From positions 960,001 to 1,024,000 of the forward strand of contig CBDCSU010000005.1 of the NCBI GenBank assembly GCA_965221775.1: DNA of 64,000 nucleotides, read 5' to 3'. Source of the DNA: Candidatus Latescibacterota bacterium (lineage in GTDB: Bacteria; Latescibacterota; UBA2968; UBA8231). Below are positions 17,359 through 26,369 of this stretch, one piece after another. The notes beneath the pieces are model-generated. The model saw nothing but the letters and a program-made list of their open reading frames with translations, was not told the DNA's origin and made no database searches. Both the position numbers and the translations under genes were made by a program. The first letter of the stretch is position 1, and every line of letters begins with the position of its first letter.

Positions 17359-18459
17359 ATGACCGATCCCGTCGAAGACCGCGCCGCCAGCATCCGGGTC
17401 ACCGCCCTGCGGGCGATCCCCGTGGGCCCCAAGGGGTACGTGAAGATCGAGACCAGCCACGGCATCACCGGCTGGGGCGAGATCAACAACATGGAGACCC
17501 GCGTCGCCTGCGCCCTGGCCGAGTCCCTCGGCGAGATGGTCGTCGGCGAGAACCCCACCGCCGTCGAGCACCTGTGGCAGCGGCTGTTCCGCGCCCACCG
17601 CAACCTGCGCGGCGGCGGCCTCATGGTGCACACCATCGCCGCCATCGACATGGCCCTCTGGGACATCGCCGGCAAGCTCCACGGCGTGCCCGTGTACCGG
17701 CTCCTCGGCGGTCCCTGCCGCCACAAGGTGTGGATGTACCCCAGCCCGAAGGCGATCAAGGTCGGCCCCGGGGGCGTCTGCTCCCACGGCGATTCCCCGG
17801 ACAGGGTGCAGCAGATCCTCGACCGCATCCGCGAGGGCCGCGCCAAGGTCGGCTCCGCCGGCGTCGTCATGTTCGACGCCCACAGCAAGATGCCGCCGCC
17901 CATCACCCGCCAGGTGGGGGGCCGCCTGAAGTCGGACGACCTGCTGTTCTGGGAGGAGGGCTGGGTGCCGGGCAACATCGAGGTCATGCGCCGGGTACGC
18001 GAGGCGATCCCCGTGCCTCTGGCCACGGGCGAGCGGGACCGCACGATCTGGGAGGTGCGCGAGATCCTGGAGGCCCAGGTCGTGGACGTGCTGCAGCCGG
18101 ACTGCGGCCACGGCGGCGGCATCACCCAGATGAAGAAGGTCGCCGCCCTGGCCGAGGCCCATCACGTGCCGATCGCCCCCCACTGCACCATGTCCTACCT
18201 CGGGCTCACGGCGAGCCTCCACGTGGCGGCGTCGGTCCCCTTCTTCCTGATCCACGAGGGCTACACGGGCCGCCTGCCCGAGGGCGTGGCCCGCAAGAGC
18301 TGGGAGATGGACGGCGACGGATACGTCTCCCTGCCGGAGGGTCCCGGCCTCGGGGTGGAGATCGACGAGGCCCTGGCGCGGGAGGTTGGGGAGCGCCCCG
18401 ACCAGCAGTTCCAGTGGCCGGACAACCGCCTCGAGGACGGGTCCGTGGCGGACTACTAG
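17359..18459 (+). CDS. Mandelate racemase/muconate lactonizing enzyme family (DgoD-like dehydratase)
   Basis: GITGWGE, IDMALWDIAGK, MFDAH, WEE, ATGE, QPD, APH, GPGLGVEID. RBS GAGGAG. Confidence 0.88.
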   Translation: MTDPVEDRAASIRVTALRAIPVGPKGYVKIETSHGITGWGEINNMETRVACALAESLGEMVVGENPTAVEHLWQRLFRAHRNLRGGGLMVHTIAAIDMALWDIAGKLHGVPVYRLLGGPCRHKVWMYPSPKAIKVGPGGVCSHGDSPDRVQQILDRIREGRAKVGSAGVVMFDAHSKMPPPITRQVGGRLKSDDLLFWEEGWVPGNIEVMRRVREAIPVPLATGERDRTIWEVREILEAQVVDVLQPDCGHGGGITQMKKVAALAEAHHVPIAPHCTMSYLGLTASLHVAASVPFFLIHEGYTGRLPEGVARKSWEMDGDGYVSLPEGPGLGVEIDEALAREVGERPDQQFQWPDNRLEDGSVADY

Positions 18460-18483
18460 GGACCTTCGGACGGCCGGGCGGTC

Positions 18484-18678
18484 CTATTGGCCCTGGCCGG
18501 CCTCGCGGCGCTCACGCAGGCGGCGCGCATACGGCGTCTCGATGCCGTAGCGGCGGCAGAGCCGGCTGAAGCTGCGCGGCTCGATGCCCAGGGCCCGGCT
18601 GGCGGCCTCGTTGGTCGAATACATGCGGGCGGCGCGCTGGATGCGCTCGCGGTCGATTCGGCGTTCCCCTTGGGCCAT
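18484..18678 (-). CDS. 64-aa stand-alone Fis-type helix-turn-helix protein
   Basis: STNEAASRALGIEPRSFSRLCRRYGI matches the HTH_8 pattern N..AA..LGI...L.R...YGI; purine-rich RBS upstream. Confidence 0.7.
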   Translation of the reverse strand: MAQGERRIDRERIQRAARMYSTNEAASRALGIEPRSFSRLCRRYGIETPYARRLRERREAGQGQ

Positions 18679-18731
18679 TGCGGACCCCCCCTTTCAGTGT
18701 GTCCTGCGGCGCAGGATGGCTCGGAGGGGTA

Positions 18732-18747
18732 TGCAACTTGCGTGCCA
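18732..18747 (-). promoter_or_regulatory. Sigma54 (-24/-12) promoter
   Basis: Minus strand TGGCACGCAAGTTGCA is a perfect TGGCAC-N5-TTGCA, oriented toward the small HTH gene whose ATG is 54 nt away. Confidence 0.75.
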
Positions 18748-18849
18748 CAGCCGTTACTCGTTGATCCGCCGTGGCTTAGGGGGAAGGGGGGTGACCGGGG
18801 ACTGTCCGCCTCCGGTACAATCCCTGTCCGCTGCCGGACAGAAGGCGCC

Positions 18850-19824
18850 TCAGTCCCACTCCAGGATCACGCCGAGGGCCTCGCCCGGGCGGTTCCACAG
18901 CAGGTCGAAGGCGGCGGCCGCCTCGGTGAAGGGGAACCGGTGGGTGGTCATGCGGCCGGTGTCGATCGCCCCGGAGGCGAGGAGCGCCATGGCCCGCCGG
19001 TACGCGGAGAGGCCGGACCGCTGTCCGTAGTAGCCGCCCAGCAGCCGGCGGCGCTGGATCTTGCCCGAAGGCAGGGAGAGGGGCTGGTCCTCGTAGAGGC
19101 CGATCAGGTGCAGGGTGCCGTCGACGCCGAGCATGTCGAGGCCCTGCTCGAAGGCCTTCGGCCCCGCGGGACCGCCCACGGCATAGACCACGAGGTGCGC
19201 GCCGGCGCCGTTGGTCAGCCTGCGCACCGCCGCCACCGGGTCCTCCTCGCCGGCGTTCACCACCCGGTCGGCGCCCAGTTCGGCGGCCAGCTCGCAGCGG
19301 CGGTCGAGGGCGTCCACGGCGATCACGTGGCCGCGGCCCGAGGCCTTCATCACCTGCAGCATGAGACTGCCCACCAGGCCCTGTCCCAGGATCACCACCG
19401 TGTCCGTGGGTCCGGCGCCCCCGATCTCGACCCAGGTCACGCCCCCCACGGCGAGGGGGTAGTACGGCGCGCGGTCGAAGTCGACATCGTCGGGCAGGGC
19501 CACCACTCTGGACTGGCCCGCGGGTCCGTCCACGGCGGCGGGCTGGACGGTGTACTCGGCGTGGGGGGACAGGGAGACGACGCGGTCGCCGGGGGCCAGG
19601 TGCGACACCCCGGCGCCGACGGCGTCGACCGTGCCGGCCATGGAGTAACCCATGATGTCGGGGCTCACGGCGTGCTCGCGGGTGTAGCGGGCCCCCATCT
19701 CGGAGCCGCGGCTGATGAGGGAGCGCACCGCCTTGACGCGGACCTCCCCCGGGCCCGGCTCCGGGACCGGCGCCTCCTCGAGGACGAGGTTGTACTTCCC
19801 TTCGGGCTTGGCGAGTCGTTTCAC
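18850..19824 (-). CDS. Medium-chain (zinc-binding family) dehydrogenase, Zn ligands degenerate
   Basis: PEPGPGEVRVK, SLISRGSE, MGYS in place of GHE, GQGLVG Rossmann motif. Confidence 0.85.
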   Translation of the reverse strand: MKRLAKPEGKYNLVLEEAPVPEPGPGEVRVKAVRSLISRGSEMGARYTREHAVSPDIMGYSMAGTVDAVGAGVSHLAPGDRVVSLSPHAEYTVQPAAVDGPAGQSRVVALPDDVDFDRAPYYPLAVGGVTWVEIGGAGPTDTVVILGQGLVGSLMLQVMKASGRGHVIAVDALDRRCELAAELGADRVVNAGEEDPVAAVRRLTNGAGAHLVVYAVGGPAGPKAFEQGLDMLGVDGTLHLIGLYEDQPLSLPSGKIQRRRLLGGYYGQRSGLSAYRRAMALLASGAIDTGRMTTHRFPFTEAAAAFDLLWNRPGEALGVILEWD

Positions 19825-19932
19825 GGCGGATCCTCCGGGTGTCGGCGCGGGCTCGTGATCTGCGGCGAACCCTCACCAACACGGATGCGGCGGTCAAGGC
19901 GCGGGCGCCGCGGCAACGCCTCCGGCCCGTGT

Positions 19933-19960
19933 TTGACGGCCTTTCAGGGTTCCGTATCCT
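19933..19960 (+). promoter_or_regulatory. Putative sigma70 promoter
   Basis: TTGACG-N16-TATCCT, 38 nt upstream of the PhyH gene start. Confidence 0.4.
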
Positions 19961-19998
19961 AGCGCGGCAGCGTCACCCCCCCTCGCCGGAGCCACCCC

Positions 19999-20811
19999 GT
20001 GAAGACCGACCTCACCCCCGATCAGATCGCCCACTACCGCGAGCGCGGGTACGTCGTCATCGACGGTTTTCTCTCCGAAGAGGAACTGGCCCTCTGGCGG
20101 AGCCGGATCGACGCCGCGGTCTCCGTCCGCCAGGACCGCAAGCTCGCCAACCGCGACTGGCGCGCCGGCGACTCCTACTACGACAAGGTCTTCACCCAGC
20201 GCATCAACCTGTGGATGGACCACGAGGGGGTCCGCGGCCTCATGCTCGACCGGCGGATCGGCAAGATGGCCGCCGAGCTGGCCGGCGTCGACGGCATCCG
20301 CATCTGGCACGACCAGGCCCTGATCAAGGAGCCCTGGGCCAACCCCACCGGCTGGCACCTCGACAACCCCTACTGGTCGTTCTCGTCGCGCGACGCCATC
20401 AGCCTGTGGGTCGCCCTCGACGACGTCACCCGCGACAACGGCTGCCTCTACTTCCTCCCCGGCACCCACCGCACCGCCACCTGGGAGAACGGCCCCATCA
20501 ACGAGAACATCGCCGCCCTCTTCGAGCTCTACCCCGAGTGGGCGGCGCTCCAGGCGGATGCCGCCCCCATGAAGGCCGGGTCCTGCTCCTTCCACAACGG
20601 CCTCCTCGCCCACGGCGCCGGGGCCAACATGACCCCCGGCCGGCGGCGGGCGATGACCTGCGGCTACATGCCCGACGGCAGCACCTTCAACGGCCAGCCG
20701 AACGTGCTGCCCGAGGAATACCTGTCCACCCTGTCGGAGGGGGACGTGCTCGACAACGACGACCTGAACCCCCTGCTCTACCACGTGGGCGGAGGGGGCG
20801 TCGAGGCCTGA
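19999..20811 (+). CDS. PhyH family dioxygenase
   Basis: YRERGY, ALIKEP, WHLD, WVALD, NGCLYFLPGTH, FHNGLLAHGA.N...RR. Confidence 0.9.
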   Translation: MKTDLTPDQIAHYRERGYVVIDGFLSEEELALWRSRIDAAVSVRQDRKLANRDWRAGDSYYDKVFTQRINLWMDHEGVRGLMLDRRIGKMAAELAGVDGIRIWHDQALIKEPWANPTGWHLDNPYWSFSSRDAISLWVALDDVTRDNGCLYFLPGTHRTATWENGPINENIAALFELYPEWAALQADAAPMKAGSCSFHNGLLAHGAGANMTPGRRRAMTCGYMPDGSTFNGQPNVLPEEYLSTLSEGDVLDNDDLNPLLYHVGGGGVEA

Positions 20812-20885
20812 GGCGGGGCACGGAACTCGTGAGCTCCGCGGGTCGTCGCACAAGCGAAGCTCGCAGCCTGCCGATGAGGACAACC

Positions 20886-21485
20886 ATGGCCCCTCACCTC
20901 CGATCCCGCCCCCGGGCCCTGCCCTGTCCCGAGCATCCCGGCCGGCTGATCCAGACCGGGATGGCGCTGGCCTCGGCGGCCGCCCTGCTCCTGGCGGCTT
21001 CCTGCGGCGGCGACGACCCGGTGCAGCCGACTCCCGTCAGCGGCGAAGAGGAGGAGCAGGTCAAGGCGGCGCTGCAGAACCGGTCCTTCCGCCAGTTCGA
21101 TCCCTCCCTGGACGCGAGCCCGAGGAGGGGGGTTGTCCTCGACTTCTTCGAGGGAGTCAGCCTCTGGGCCCAGTACGCCGAGGACGAGCATGCCGTCAAC
21201 GAGTGGCAGGTCTCCGCCGGCGACTACCGACTCGAGAAGGCCGGGAACGCCAAGTTCCAGGAGGCGGAGTTCGTGATTCGCTTCGAGGAACCGGAGTCGA
21301 GCCAGCTCTTCCCCGAGGAGTGCTCCAGCTGCATTCCCACCGAGCGCTTCTCCATCTCCGTGCGCAACGTCTTCGACGGCGAACGAATCTCCTTCAGGCT
21401 GAACGACGACGAGAACCGGCTTCCTCCGCCTTTCCCGGTCTTCCGATCGTGGACGCGGTTCCGGGAGGATGATTACTTCGAGTAG
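20886..21485 (+). CDS. Putative lipoprotein of unknown function
   Basis: RBS GAGGA before ATG 20886 (alternative start 20961); lipobox LLLAASC. Confidence 0.65.
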   Translation: MAPHLRSRPRALPCPEHPGRLIQTGMALASAAALLLAASCGGDDPVQPTPVSGEEEEQVKAALQNRSFRQFDPSLDASPRRGVVLDFFEGVSLWAQYAEDEHAVNEWQVSAGDYRLEKAGNAKFQEAEFVIRFEEPESSQLFPEECSSCIPTERFSISVRNVFDGERISFRLNDDENRLPPPFPVFRSWTRFREDDYFE

Positions 21486-21616
21486 CGCCGGCGCGAGATT
21501 CTGCAGGCCGGTCTGCAACACGTCTGTTTCGAGTCGCCGATGTGGCCGGCGGGCCTCCCGCCGGGTTCCGCCGACAGTATCTTGCCCCGGGAAGCGCGGG
21601 GCAGGTAGTTGAGGCA

Positions 21617-23092
21617 GTGCAGAGCCTACAAGGCAAGGAAAAGGCGGCGGTCGGACGGATCGCTCGGGGTGCCGTCCAAACCCTGAGCAGCGCCTACGCG
21701 GGCCGGGTCGTCACTTGGGTCGCCATTGTCGTCCTCACCCGCGAGCTCCCCCCCGAGGACTTCGGCCAGATCGCCCTCGCCGCTTCGATCCTCGCCGTGG
21801 TGGGGGCCCTGCGCGGCTTCGGTCTCCACAATGCCCTGCTGCATCGCTACGACCGCGTCGACGACCTCGCCCCTACCCACTTCTTTCTGAACTCCGCCCT
21901 CGCCATCCTCGGCACCGTCGGCGCCATCGCATGGGCCGTCCTCTTCGTGGACAGCCGCGGAGTGGCCACGGCCCTGGCCGTCTTCGCCGCCTTCGACCTT
22001 CTCCGGGCCACGGCCCTGACCGCCGAGACCCAACTCAGGCGCGACCTGGAGTTCGGCCCACTCGCCGGGGCCCATGCCCTCGCCCTGATCGTCGCCGCCG
22101 CTTCGGGCCTCTCCCTGGCCTTGCTGGGGGGCGGCATCTGGGCCCTGATCCTCAGTCACTCCGTCTACGGGATCGGCTACGTCGCCGTCTATTCGGCGAT
22201 GCTCTGGCGGCGCCGGTCTCCCCTCTCCTTCCGCCTCTCCGAGTTTCGCCCGGAAGAGGCCCGCCGCATGTTCGGCTACGGGGCCTGGATCTGGCTCGGC
22301 ACGATTCTGCAGGCCCTGGTGCTCAACTTCGACCGGTTCGTGGTGGCCGCCGTGCTCGACCTGAAGACCCTGGGCTTCTACGAGCGCGCCCACGTATTCG
22401 CCCAGATCCCCACCGGCGCCATCACCCACGCCCTCACGGGCGTCATGCTCGCCGTCTTCGCGCGCTACCAGCAGGACCGGGAACAGCTCGGCGGCGCCTT
22501 CCGCCGCGCCCTGCGATTGATCATGCGCGCTGCGGTGCCCCTCTCCATCCTCCTCGCCATCGAGATCCCCAACCTCACCCGACTGCTCCTCGACGAGAGC
22601 CGGCTGCCCCTGGCCTCCATTCTGCGCTGGCTGCTCCTCTACTCCCTGTGCCGCCCCCTGTTGGAGGCGGTCCACGCGCTGCTGCGGAGCATCGGGGACC
22701 CGCGGGGCTCGACGGCCTTCGTCGCGGTGCAGGCGGCCGTGCTCCTCGTGGCCGCCCCCCTGCTCACTCGCTCTCACGCCATCGAAGGCACCGCCATGGC
22801 CATGAACCTGGCCGCCCTGGTGGGCACCGTCGCCGCTCTGCACCGCAGCGCCCGCTTCGTCGAGGTCCCCTGGGTGCGCAGCCTCGCTCCGCCCCTGGTT
22901 GCGGCGGCAGCGGCCGCTGGCGCACGCCTGGCGGCGGCCCCGCTCATCGAGGGCTGGCCAACGGCTGCGGCCTTGGTACTGGGCTCCGGCCTTTTTGTAT
23001 GTTCCTACGGGCTTGCCCTCTTCTGCATGGAGGGCCGCGGCCTGCTGAAGGAAATGCGGACGCTCGGAAGGGTTTTCAGGAAGGACGCCTAA
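21617..23092 (+). CDS. Wzx-type oligosaccharide flippase (PST family)
   Basis: L.PEDFG, GGGIWAL, FDRFVV, LGFYERA; 12 or more hydrophobic segments. Start 21617 (GTG) or 21542. Confidence 0.85.
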   Translation: MQSLQGKEKAAVGRIARGAVQTLSSAYAGRVVTWVAIVVLTRELPPEDFGQIALAASILAVVGALRGFGLHNALLHRYDRVDDLAPTHFFLNSALAILGTVGAIAWAVLFVDSRGVATALAVFAAFDLLRATALTAETQLRRDLEFGPLAGAHALALIVAAASGLSLALLGGGIWALILSHSVYGIGYVAVYSAMLWRRRSPLSFRLSEFRPEEARRMFGYGAWIWLGTILQALVLNFDRFVVAAVLDLKTLGFYERAHVFAQIPTGAITHALTGVMLAVFARYQQDREQLGGAFRRALRLIMRAAVPLSILLAIEIPNLTRLLLDESRLPLASILRWLLLYSLCRPLLEAVHALLRSIGDPRGSTAFVAVQAAVLLVAAPLLTRSHAIEGTAMAMNLAALVGTVAALHRSARFVEVPWVRSLAPPLVAAAAAAGARLAAAPLIEGWPTAAALVLGSGLFVCSYGLALFCMEGRGLLKEMRTLGRVFRKDA

Positions 23093-23110
23093 CCGTAGGC
23101 GGAAGTACGC

Positions 23111-24268
23111 ATGCGCGTTGCCCATATCTGTCAGTGGTTCATCCCCGGCCTGAGCTATCAGGAGAACTTCCTGCCCCAAGAACAGGCACGACTGGGACAC
23201 GATGTCTGGATTCTGACCAGTGATCGTGTTCCTCCCCGACTTCCTGTGGACCCAGACCGGTTTACTCCGGGCCGCTACGAGGAAGATTCCGTCCAGATAC
23301 GGCGCTTGCCCTCGATCATGCCGATCAAGGGCCGAGGCCAAGTCTACCTTCGAAACCTGATTCCGGCCTTGAGGGAAATCGAGCCTGAGATCATTCACAT
23401 CCACGGGCTCTGGTGCCTGCCTACCCTGCAGGTCATGGCTGGCAGCGTCCGGTCTACTCTCGTTGCCGATGACCATGCGGACAATGGGAATCTCCCGACC
23501 GGACCAGGAAACCTCATCCGCTTCGGCTTGGCCCGCTGGGTCTGCAAGCGCCTTTGTCGAGAAGGCAGCAAGATTTTCTCCGTCAATCCCTTCTCCCGCT
23601 GGTTCGTGACCGAAGTACTGCGCACTCCTCCCGGCAACGTCCATTTCCTGCCTCTCGGAATCAATACCCAGACCTTCTACCCGGATCCCCATCAGCGCAC
23701 GGAGGCGCGAAGGAAGCTCCGCCTTCCGCCCGACGTATGTGTGTTCATTACCTCTGGTCGCCTGACCCCGGGCAAGGGCTTCGAGCTCCTGATAGAGCGC
23801 TTTTCGGAAGTCCACCGGACCTGCGGTGCCAGCAGACTGATGATCATCGGATCAGGTTCGGAGGCATACGAGACTCAACTCAGGCACTTCGCCGCGGAGT
23901 GCGGCGTAGAGGAGGCCTTCCTTCTCCTGCCATGGATGGCTCAAGACGATCTCTGCGCGCACTACAATGCCGCCGACGTGGGAGTCCTCCCGGGCAAGCT
24001 GGGGGGAATCCGGGAAATCCTCGCGGTAGGACGTCCACTCATCGTCCCGGACCATCTGGCAACGCGCTACTTCATCGAGCATGGCAACGGCCTGACCTTT
24101 CCACCTGACGATCCATCCCGCCTCAGCCAGGCCATGCTGCAGTATGTCCAGCGACCGGATCTCCGCCAACAGCATGGCGCAAAGTCACTCTATGTCGCTC
24201 AAAATCACCTCTCCTGGCGGGCGATTGCCGCCGACAGTCTGCGGGTCTACTCCGGGCTCACTAGGTGA
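23111..24268 (+). CDS. Glycosyltransferase family 4
   Basis: GHDV, IIHIH, LGINTQTF, GRLTPGKG, YNAADV, E..AVGRP. Confidence 0.88.
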   Translation: MRVAHICQWFIPGLSYQENFLPQEQARLGHDVWILTSDRVPPRLPVDPDRFTPGRYEEDSVQIRRLPSIMPIKGRGQVYLRNLIPALREIEPEIIHIHGLWCLPTLQVMAGSVRSTLVADDHADNGNLPTGPGNLIRFGLARWVCKRLCREGSKIFSVNPFSRWFVTEVLRTPPGNVHFLPLGINTQTFYPDPHQRTEARRKLRLPPDVCVFITSGRLTPGKGFELLIERFSEVHRTCGASRLMIIGSGSEAYETQLRHFAAECGVEEAFLLLPWMAQDDLCAHYNAADVGVLPGKLGGIREILAVGRPLIVPDHLATRYFIEHGNGLTFPPDDPSRLSQAMLQYVQRPDLRQQHGAKSLYVAQNHLSWRAIAADSLRVYSGLTR

Positions 24269-24312
24269 CGACCGTCTCAATGACCGAGTCGTCCAGACAA
24301 GGCAGCGACTAG

Positions 24313-25152
24313 ATGGAACCTGTGAAGATGATCGGCTGCCCCCCTTGGAGCAGGGCCGACATCCTGCAACACATTGACGAGTTTTCATCGATATACGCTG
24401 ACCGACCAATAGGGGACAACTATGCGGGAATGAAGGCACCTCACATGTTCGCCGTTTGGTTCATGGCAAAGAGCTTGCAGCCGGACCTGATCGTGGAGAG
24501 TGGAATATGGAAGGGGCAAAGTACCTGGCTCCTTGAAGTGGCCTGCCCTCAAGCGAAGTTGATCTCGATTGATCTGGAGCTAGATGCAAGGGAATACATC
24601 TCAGACAAGGCGATATACTCTGATCGTGACTTCTCCGAGCAGGACTGGTCGGAGATAACCGATCGTTCCCTTGTGTTCTTCGATGATCACCAAAATGCAT
24701 ACAGACGGTTGCAGCAATGCAAGTGGTTCGGAATCAAGCATGCCATTTTCGAAGACAACTATCCCGCCTCCCAAGGCGACTTCTACAGTCTGAAGAAGGC
24801 GTTTTCCAGCGCCGGTTTCGATCCTGTCGCTCCGACTGCCGGCTCCGCTCGTGCACTCTTGGATCGCCTGGCCGGTAGATTCGGCCGATCACTTCTTGAT
24901 CTCAGTGGCCAGTACGAAACCATCCGAGTCTCCCCGAACGTCATCGATGCGCGCATGCTGGAGGCCCACCTCGAGACCTACTTCGAGTTCCCTCCGGTCA
25001 TCAAGCCGGAAAGAACCCGTTGGGGTGATCTGTGGGATGATTCCTATCCGACTCCAGAGCCCTTGCTCAAGCGGCCGGAAAAACCCTCCCATCGTCCTTT
25101 CCTGGAGGAGGCCAAGTGGTATACCTGGATCTGCTATGTCAAGCTCAAATAG
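24313..25152 (+). CDS. Conserved hypothetical protein, possible class I SAM-dependent methyltransferase fold
   Basis: LIVESGIWKGQSTWLL resembles a SAM-binding motif I; FFDDH, FEDNY; lies within a glycan operon. Confidence 0.55.
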   Translation: MEPVKMIGCPPWSRADILQHIDEFSSIYADRPIGDNYAGMKAPHMFAVWFMAKSLQPDLIVESGIWKGQSTWLLEVACPQAKLISIDLELDAREYISDKAIYSDRDFSEQDWSEITDRSLVFFDDHQNAYRRLQQCKWFGIKHAIFEDNYPASQGDFYSLKKAFSSAGFDPVAPTAGSARALLDRLAGRFGRSLLDLSGQYETIRVSPNVIDARMLEAHLETYFEFPPVIKPERTRWGDLWDDSYPTPEPLLKRPEKPSHRPFLEEAKWYTWICYVKLK

Positions 25153-25184
25153 GGCACTGCCTCCTCTGACTTGAACTGGGTGCC

Positions 25185-26369
25185 ATGGCCGCCTCCGAGA
25201 CAGTCCTGATCGGATCACTGCCTCCCCCGCTCACCGGGCAGACCGTCGCATTCCAGATGGTCTGCGAGGGCTTCCGGCAGCGTCGACTCCCCTGTCGAGT
25301 CGTCGACCTCAGTGGCGGAACCCACACCAGGCCCGACGGGCAATTCTCCCTGGTGCGCGTGTGGCAACTCCTCAGACCCTTCCAGCAGGCCCTCACCTTG
25401 GTTTCCGGGAGCAAGATCCTCTATCTGAGTGCGGCGCAGAACTGGATGGGGTTTCTCCGGGACAGCGTCTTCATCCTTCTTGCTGTCGCGGGCGGCCAGC
25501 GAATCGTCATCCACGTCCATGGAGGGCACTACGACGGCTTCTACAACTCGCTGCGGCCAGTGCAACAGTACTGCGTTCGCAAAGTGCTCGGGCACGTGGA
25601 CAGGATAGTGATCCTCGGAAGGGCCCTCTCGGGCATGTTCGACTTCGGGCCTTCCTTTCGGGAAAAGACCGTGGTCGTGTTCAATGGACTACCCTATGGA
25701 CGGGAGGAGACTCCCGGGGAACCCAAGAGCCTGCCGGCGCCGCTCCAAGGACGCCCAAGGCTTCTCTTCCTGTCCAACCTGATCGTGAGCAAGGGCTACC
25801 TTCAGGCGCTCGAAGCACTTCGGGTCCTTGTGCAAGAGATGGGGATCGACGCGGAGTGCCATTTCTGCGGCAGCTTCGTTCTCGCCTCCGACATCAGCCC
25901 GTACTCCAGTCCCGAAGAGGCAGAGGCCGACTTCCGTGCCCAGGTCAGCACATCGGGACTCGAAGACCGCGCTTTCTGGCATGGACCTGTCGACGGAAGG
26001 GCAAAAGCGAGATTTCTCGAAGAGAGTCACTTCTTCCTCCTTCCCACATGTTACAGGTACGAGGCCCAACCGATCTCCATCATTGAGGCCCTCGCCTTCG
26101 GACTGGTCGTGATTTCGACACCATTCCGCACAATACCCGAAATGATCGAAGATGGCAGAGCTGGCGAACTGATCCCTTTTGAACGGCCCGCTGAGATGGC
26201 CGGGGTGATCGCCTCCTATGTCCGAGATCCGGACAGATTCGAGGCGATGAGTCGCACCTCCATCGACCGGTACCGGCAAGCCTTTACCAGGGAGCAACAT
26301 CTCGCCAAGCTGATTCCTCTTGTCCTGGGGGAAGCTGTCTGCGGCCAACCAGCGGGAGCTACCACATGA
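25185..26369 (+). CDS. Glycosyltransferase family 4
   Basis: LPPPLTGQ, IHVHGG, VFNG, FLSNLIVSKG, EAQPISIIEALAFG. Confidence 0.9.
   Translation: MAASETVLIGSLPPPLTGQTVAFQMVCEGFRQRRLPCRVVDLSGGTHTRPDGQFSLVRVWQLLRPFQQALTLVSGSKILYLSAAQNWMGFLRDSVFILLAVAGGQRIVIHVHGGHYDGFYNSLRPVQQYCVRKVLGHVDRIVILGRALSGMFDFGPSFREKTVVVFNGLPYGREETPGEPKSLPAPLQGRPRLLFLSNLIVSKGYLQALEALRVLVQEMGIDAECHFCGSFVLASDISPYSSPEEAEADFRAQVSTSGLEDRAFWHGPVDGRAKARFLEESHFFLLPTCYRYEAQPISIIEALAFGLVVISTPFRTIPEMIEDGRAGELIPFERPAEMAGVIASYVRDPDRFEAMSRTSIDRYRQAFTREQHLAKLIPLVLGEAVCGQPAGATT

Noticed and set aside
21598-21610. Possible ops/JUMPStart element before the flippase
   Set aside because: ggcaggtag does not match GGCGGTAG and the rest of JUMPStart is absent.
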